This document shows positions 61,495 to 64,000 of a DNA stretch of 64,000 bases, piece by piece. The notes under the pieces were generated by a model. That model was not told the DNA's origin and ran no database searches. It saw only the letters and a list, made by a program, of their open reading frames with translations. Positions within the stretch are counted from its first letter, which is position 1. The number at the start of each line of letters is the position of its first letter. Both the position numbers and the translations under genes were made by a program. The stretch lies in assembly GCA_024277435.1 (NCBI GenBank), contig JAJRVJ010000005.1:25747-89746 (forward strand), in the 5' to 3' direction. This DNA is from Patescibacteria group bacterium. GTDB taxonomy: Bacteria > Patescibacteriota > Patescibacteriia > UBA9570.

Positions 61495-61893
61495 TTATAG
61501 CCAACCTACCAACAGCACTGCAGCTAGTAATAGAAAATCAATTGCCGAAAGAACGCACCATGTACAAAATGCCTTTATCACAAAGGCCTGAATAATGATG
61601 AAGTACAATGAAAATGCAAAACCAAATAGAACAATTACCGTAATTGGCCAAAATGACACAATCCCATTTAAAAATAGTATCGCTAACACTACTATGGCAA
61701 CGTACATCAGTAATCCTAAATATGGATTAGGGATGCCTAATGTTTTACTGTACTTACTAGCCTGTACTTTTCTGCACCACTCTGGTGGAAAACCAATACA
61801 CTTTACATGAGTTTTATTAATGGCATGATACGTTAAATAGAGAGTATTCAAAATACCAATCCCGGCGAGTAGTAAAATAATAGTTATGTTCAT
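61495..61893 (-). CDS. vitamin K epoxide reductase (VKOR) family membrane protein
   Basis: 132 aa; loop cysteine pair CIGFPPEWC; active-site CTWC in the last TM helix. Confidence 0.6.
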   Translation of the reverse strand: MNITIILLLAGIGILNTLYLTYHAINKTHVKCIGFPPEWCRKVQASKYSKTLGIPNPYLGLLMYVAIVVLAILFLNGIVSFWPITVIVLFGFAFSLYFIIIQAFVIKAFCTWCVLSAIDFLLLAAVLLVGWL

Positions 61894-61942
61894 ATACTAA
61901 ATATAATTACTATTTAGATACGTGACATTCGTGATGCTCTAG

Positions 61943-62545
61943 CTATAGTATATCATAAATAACGGGCCAATCATCGAGTTGATCAGATTCAACGCAATCA
62001 TATTCCGCTTCAAAGCGCATCAAATCAAACTCTTTTGTAGCGTCATTCCAGGCGTAAGATGCTCGTTCACCGCAAGTACCATGACCAGCGTACTTTGTAT
62101 AAGTAAGCAAAGTACCATCTTCATACCAGGCGAAGCCACCTAGGTCATAATCCTTATACGGCGACGGACCACCATCAGTACCCTGATAACGCACCACTTC
62201 AAGTGGTGTTGCGTCACCGGTTGTATGATTATAATAAAATGCCAAATAATCAGCCTGATATGCATACACATTACACACCACTAATACTAACGACTCATTA
62301 TCATTAAGTGCATGCACTTCAATGCCCGCATCCTCTTGCCCAAAACCAGATTCCTCACTGCAATCACGATACTCATTCCACTGCAAACGATCTTGCCAAT
62401 AAATACGCGTAACCACCTCCTTTACCGAAGGGATATCTTTTACCTCATTATACCTTTCCTCTAACCGGCTACAGCCAGAAATTACACCAATAAAACCAAG
62501 AACAATAATTATGATATAAAGATGCCTTCGGATATTATCCTTCAT
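61943..62545 (-). CDS. hypothetical lipoprotein
   Basis: Lipobox GVISGC after a TM signal; its start overlaps the 3' end of the upstream gene. Confidence 0.4.
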   Translation of the reverse strand: MKDNIRRHLYIIIIVLGFIGVISGCSRLEERYNEVKDIPSVKEVVTRIYWQDRLQWNEYRDCSEESGFGQEDAGIEVHALNDNESLVLVVCNVYAYQADYLAFYYNHTTGDATPLEVVRYQGTDGGPSPYKDYDLGGFAWYEDGTLLTYTKYAGHGTCGERASYAWNDATKEFDLMRFEAEYDCVESDQLDDWPVIYDIL

Positions 62546-63923
62546 CAATTCCCAATAACGCTTGAGCATTCTCATACATAATCGCACGAGCTATATCTTC
62601 TGGAAGCTGATCACTTAATTGTTGCAGTGGCTGCACGGAACTGCGTAAAGACTTCTTCAAATCATGATTATCCTCACTCCAATATTTTTCGTCAGTTTCC
62701 ACCATAACGCGATCACTATAGGTTGTAAATATATTCTTCCAAGCAGATCGCAATGTACCATCGCGTTTAATTGGCCGATGTGGTGTGTAAGCATCTTCAC
62801 TACGCATTTTTACAGCCACATATAAATTATCATGTTGCTCCAACATATCTACATATGTAGAGGGCCGAGATAAATCTGTTTCATACCAACCTAAGTGTCC
62901 CCAGATAATCTTTGTATCACGATTATGTTCAAGTAAATTGGCTAATTGTTGTAACTTAGCAGTAGTGGGCTCCATATGAATATAGAGGAACATATCATTC
63001 TCAGCAGCTAAATCACTGAGCCATAACATTAATTCCTGATCTGCTGGATACGTAATATATGGATGCCCTTCACGATATGATAGATGCAGTGGCGCTAACT
63101 CACCAAACCCAAGATAGTTACCAGATTCTGCAGCAGCTCGAGCCCGATTCTTAAACCGCGTTTCCCAGGCATTAGGATTTTCCAATATTTCCTGTGCGGT
63201 TTCAAATTCACTGGAGTAATCCTTTTCACCTGGCCCATTTGGAAATACGGTACCTTCTGTAATATCTTGTTCTTCACCTAATATATGTGCTATTCCATTA
63301 AGTTTGGTGCCACCATATAAAAAACTATAGTTTCTATCAGACTCACCTATAAAATCCACTATATCAGATGCCTTACCAGAATCCTGAGAATTCTCCAATG
63401 GTGCTGGTACCGGTTTTAACACCTGATGTGTAATATTCCAAGCTGTCATGGCTTCTTCTATAGCCTCTAATGAAGCCTGCTCATTATTTACATTAGCATG
63501 CGCATGCATATCTACGACTTCCGGCTTGTTCTCAGCGGAAACTCCTGACTGTGTTCTAAACGACTTCGATACCCATTTACCGTAACCCTTATCCGTTACT
63601 GAACGTACTCGTATTTTATAGGACTTGTTCGGCTTGAGCTTATTAATAATTTTCCCAGTACGCTTGGCATCTAAATCACTAGAAACCGTAAAGCTTTGAA
63701 TTGTAGTAGAGTCCTTGCGAATTTGAACGCGATAATACTTAAACTGTGATTTATTGCTAAATGGAACATTTTTCCATGAAGCATATATAGATCGTGTAGT
63801 GCGATACGTGGTTTTTATATTAGTTGGCGCTTTTGGCGAAGCCGATGCCTGAGCAACAATAGGCGCTGACAAAAGTATTGCCACTGACAAAAGAGACGTT
63901 AGTATATATTGTGTTATTTTCAT
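62535..63923 (-). CDS. secreted protein: N-terminal lysine-rich FN3-like module plus a metal-dependent hydrolase (amidohydrolase/TIM-barrel-like) domain
   Basis: Signal peptide MKITQYILTSLLSVAILLSAPIVAQA; YKIRVRSVTDKGYGKWVS FN3 motif; VDMHAHA, YIHMEPT, IIWGHLGW metal-ligand-like motifs. Confidence 0.5.
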   Translation of the reverse strand: MKITQYILTSLLSVAILLSAPIVAQASASPKAPTNIKTTYRTTRSIYASWKNVPFSNKSQFKYYRVQIRKDSTTIQSFTVSSDLDAKRTGKIINKLKPNKSYKIRVRSVTDKGYGKWVSKSFRTQSGVSAENKPEVVDMHAHANVNNEQASLEAIEEAMTAWNITHQVLKPVPAPLENSQDSGKASDIVDFIGESDRNYSFLYGGTKLNGIAHILGEEQDITEGTVFPNGPGEKDYSSEFETAQEILENPNAWETRFKNRARAAAESGNYLGFGELAPLHLSYREGHPYITYPADQELMLWLSDLAAENDMFLYIHMEPTTAKLQQLANLLEHNRDTKIIWGHLGWYETDLSRPSTYVDMLEQHDNLYVAVKMRSEDAYTPHRPIKRDGTLRSAWKNIFTTYSDRVMVETDEKYWSEDNHDLKKSLRSSVQPLQQLSDQLPEDIARAIMYENAQALLGIDEG

Positions 63924-64000
63924 ACTAACATCTTATCATAAGAATTTTCTTCTATCTACTAAGGTATGGGCATCGCATTACCCGGCCGATGCCTACCACG

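Overview
AT-rich (roughly 35-40% GC by eye), gene-dense bacterial chromosomal segment. Most genes are on the minus strand in long co-directional arrays with stop/start overlaps. I recognise two Hsp100/Clp ATPases (clpB plus an atypical membrane-anchored one), pgi, rlmH, tgt, recO, ileS, argS, smpB followed by a tmRNA (ssrA), infC (AUU start)-rpmI-rplT, rsmG, rarA, an ECF sigma/anti-sigma pair, zwf, an alpha-glucan phosphorylase, trmB, ppa, a hemolysin-III-family gene, a VKOR-family gene, and several glycosyl-transferase and membrane proteins. Pilus-assembly-like genes, many small membrane proteins, weak or absent Shine-Dalgarno sequences, secreted lysine-rich FN3-like proteins, and a zwf/pgi/glgP sugar core together suggest a reduced-genome Patescibacteria/CPR (Saccharibacteria-like) organism; this is inference only. 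All three stop codons are used in confident genes (TGA ends zwf, TAG ends rplT and rsmG), so the genetic code looks standard. I found no rRNA, tRNA, CRISPR array, transposase or integrase. Items worth a second look: (1) an operon of a 104-aa acidic protein, a 1729-aa and a 1017-aa giant protein of unknown function with Ala/Arg-rich composition and higher GC than the flanks; (2) a double-ring Clp/Hsp100 ATPase with an N-terminal zinc ribbon and membrane anchor, no M-domain and no ClpP loop; (3) four paralogous secreted proteins that each carry a lysine-rich FN3-like module fused to a different domain; (4) a candidate T-box leader upstream of ileS; (5) several short, sharply GC-rich patches (about 55-60% GC) in an AT-rich background; (6) three disrupted genes (PilO-like frameshift, DUF11 protein with an in-frame TAA, ATP-grasp frameshift at an A7 tract); (7) an ECF sigma / anti-sigma / PP2C-phosphatase module.
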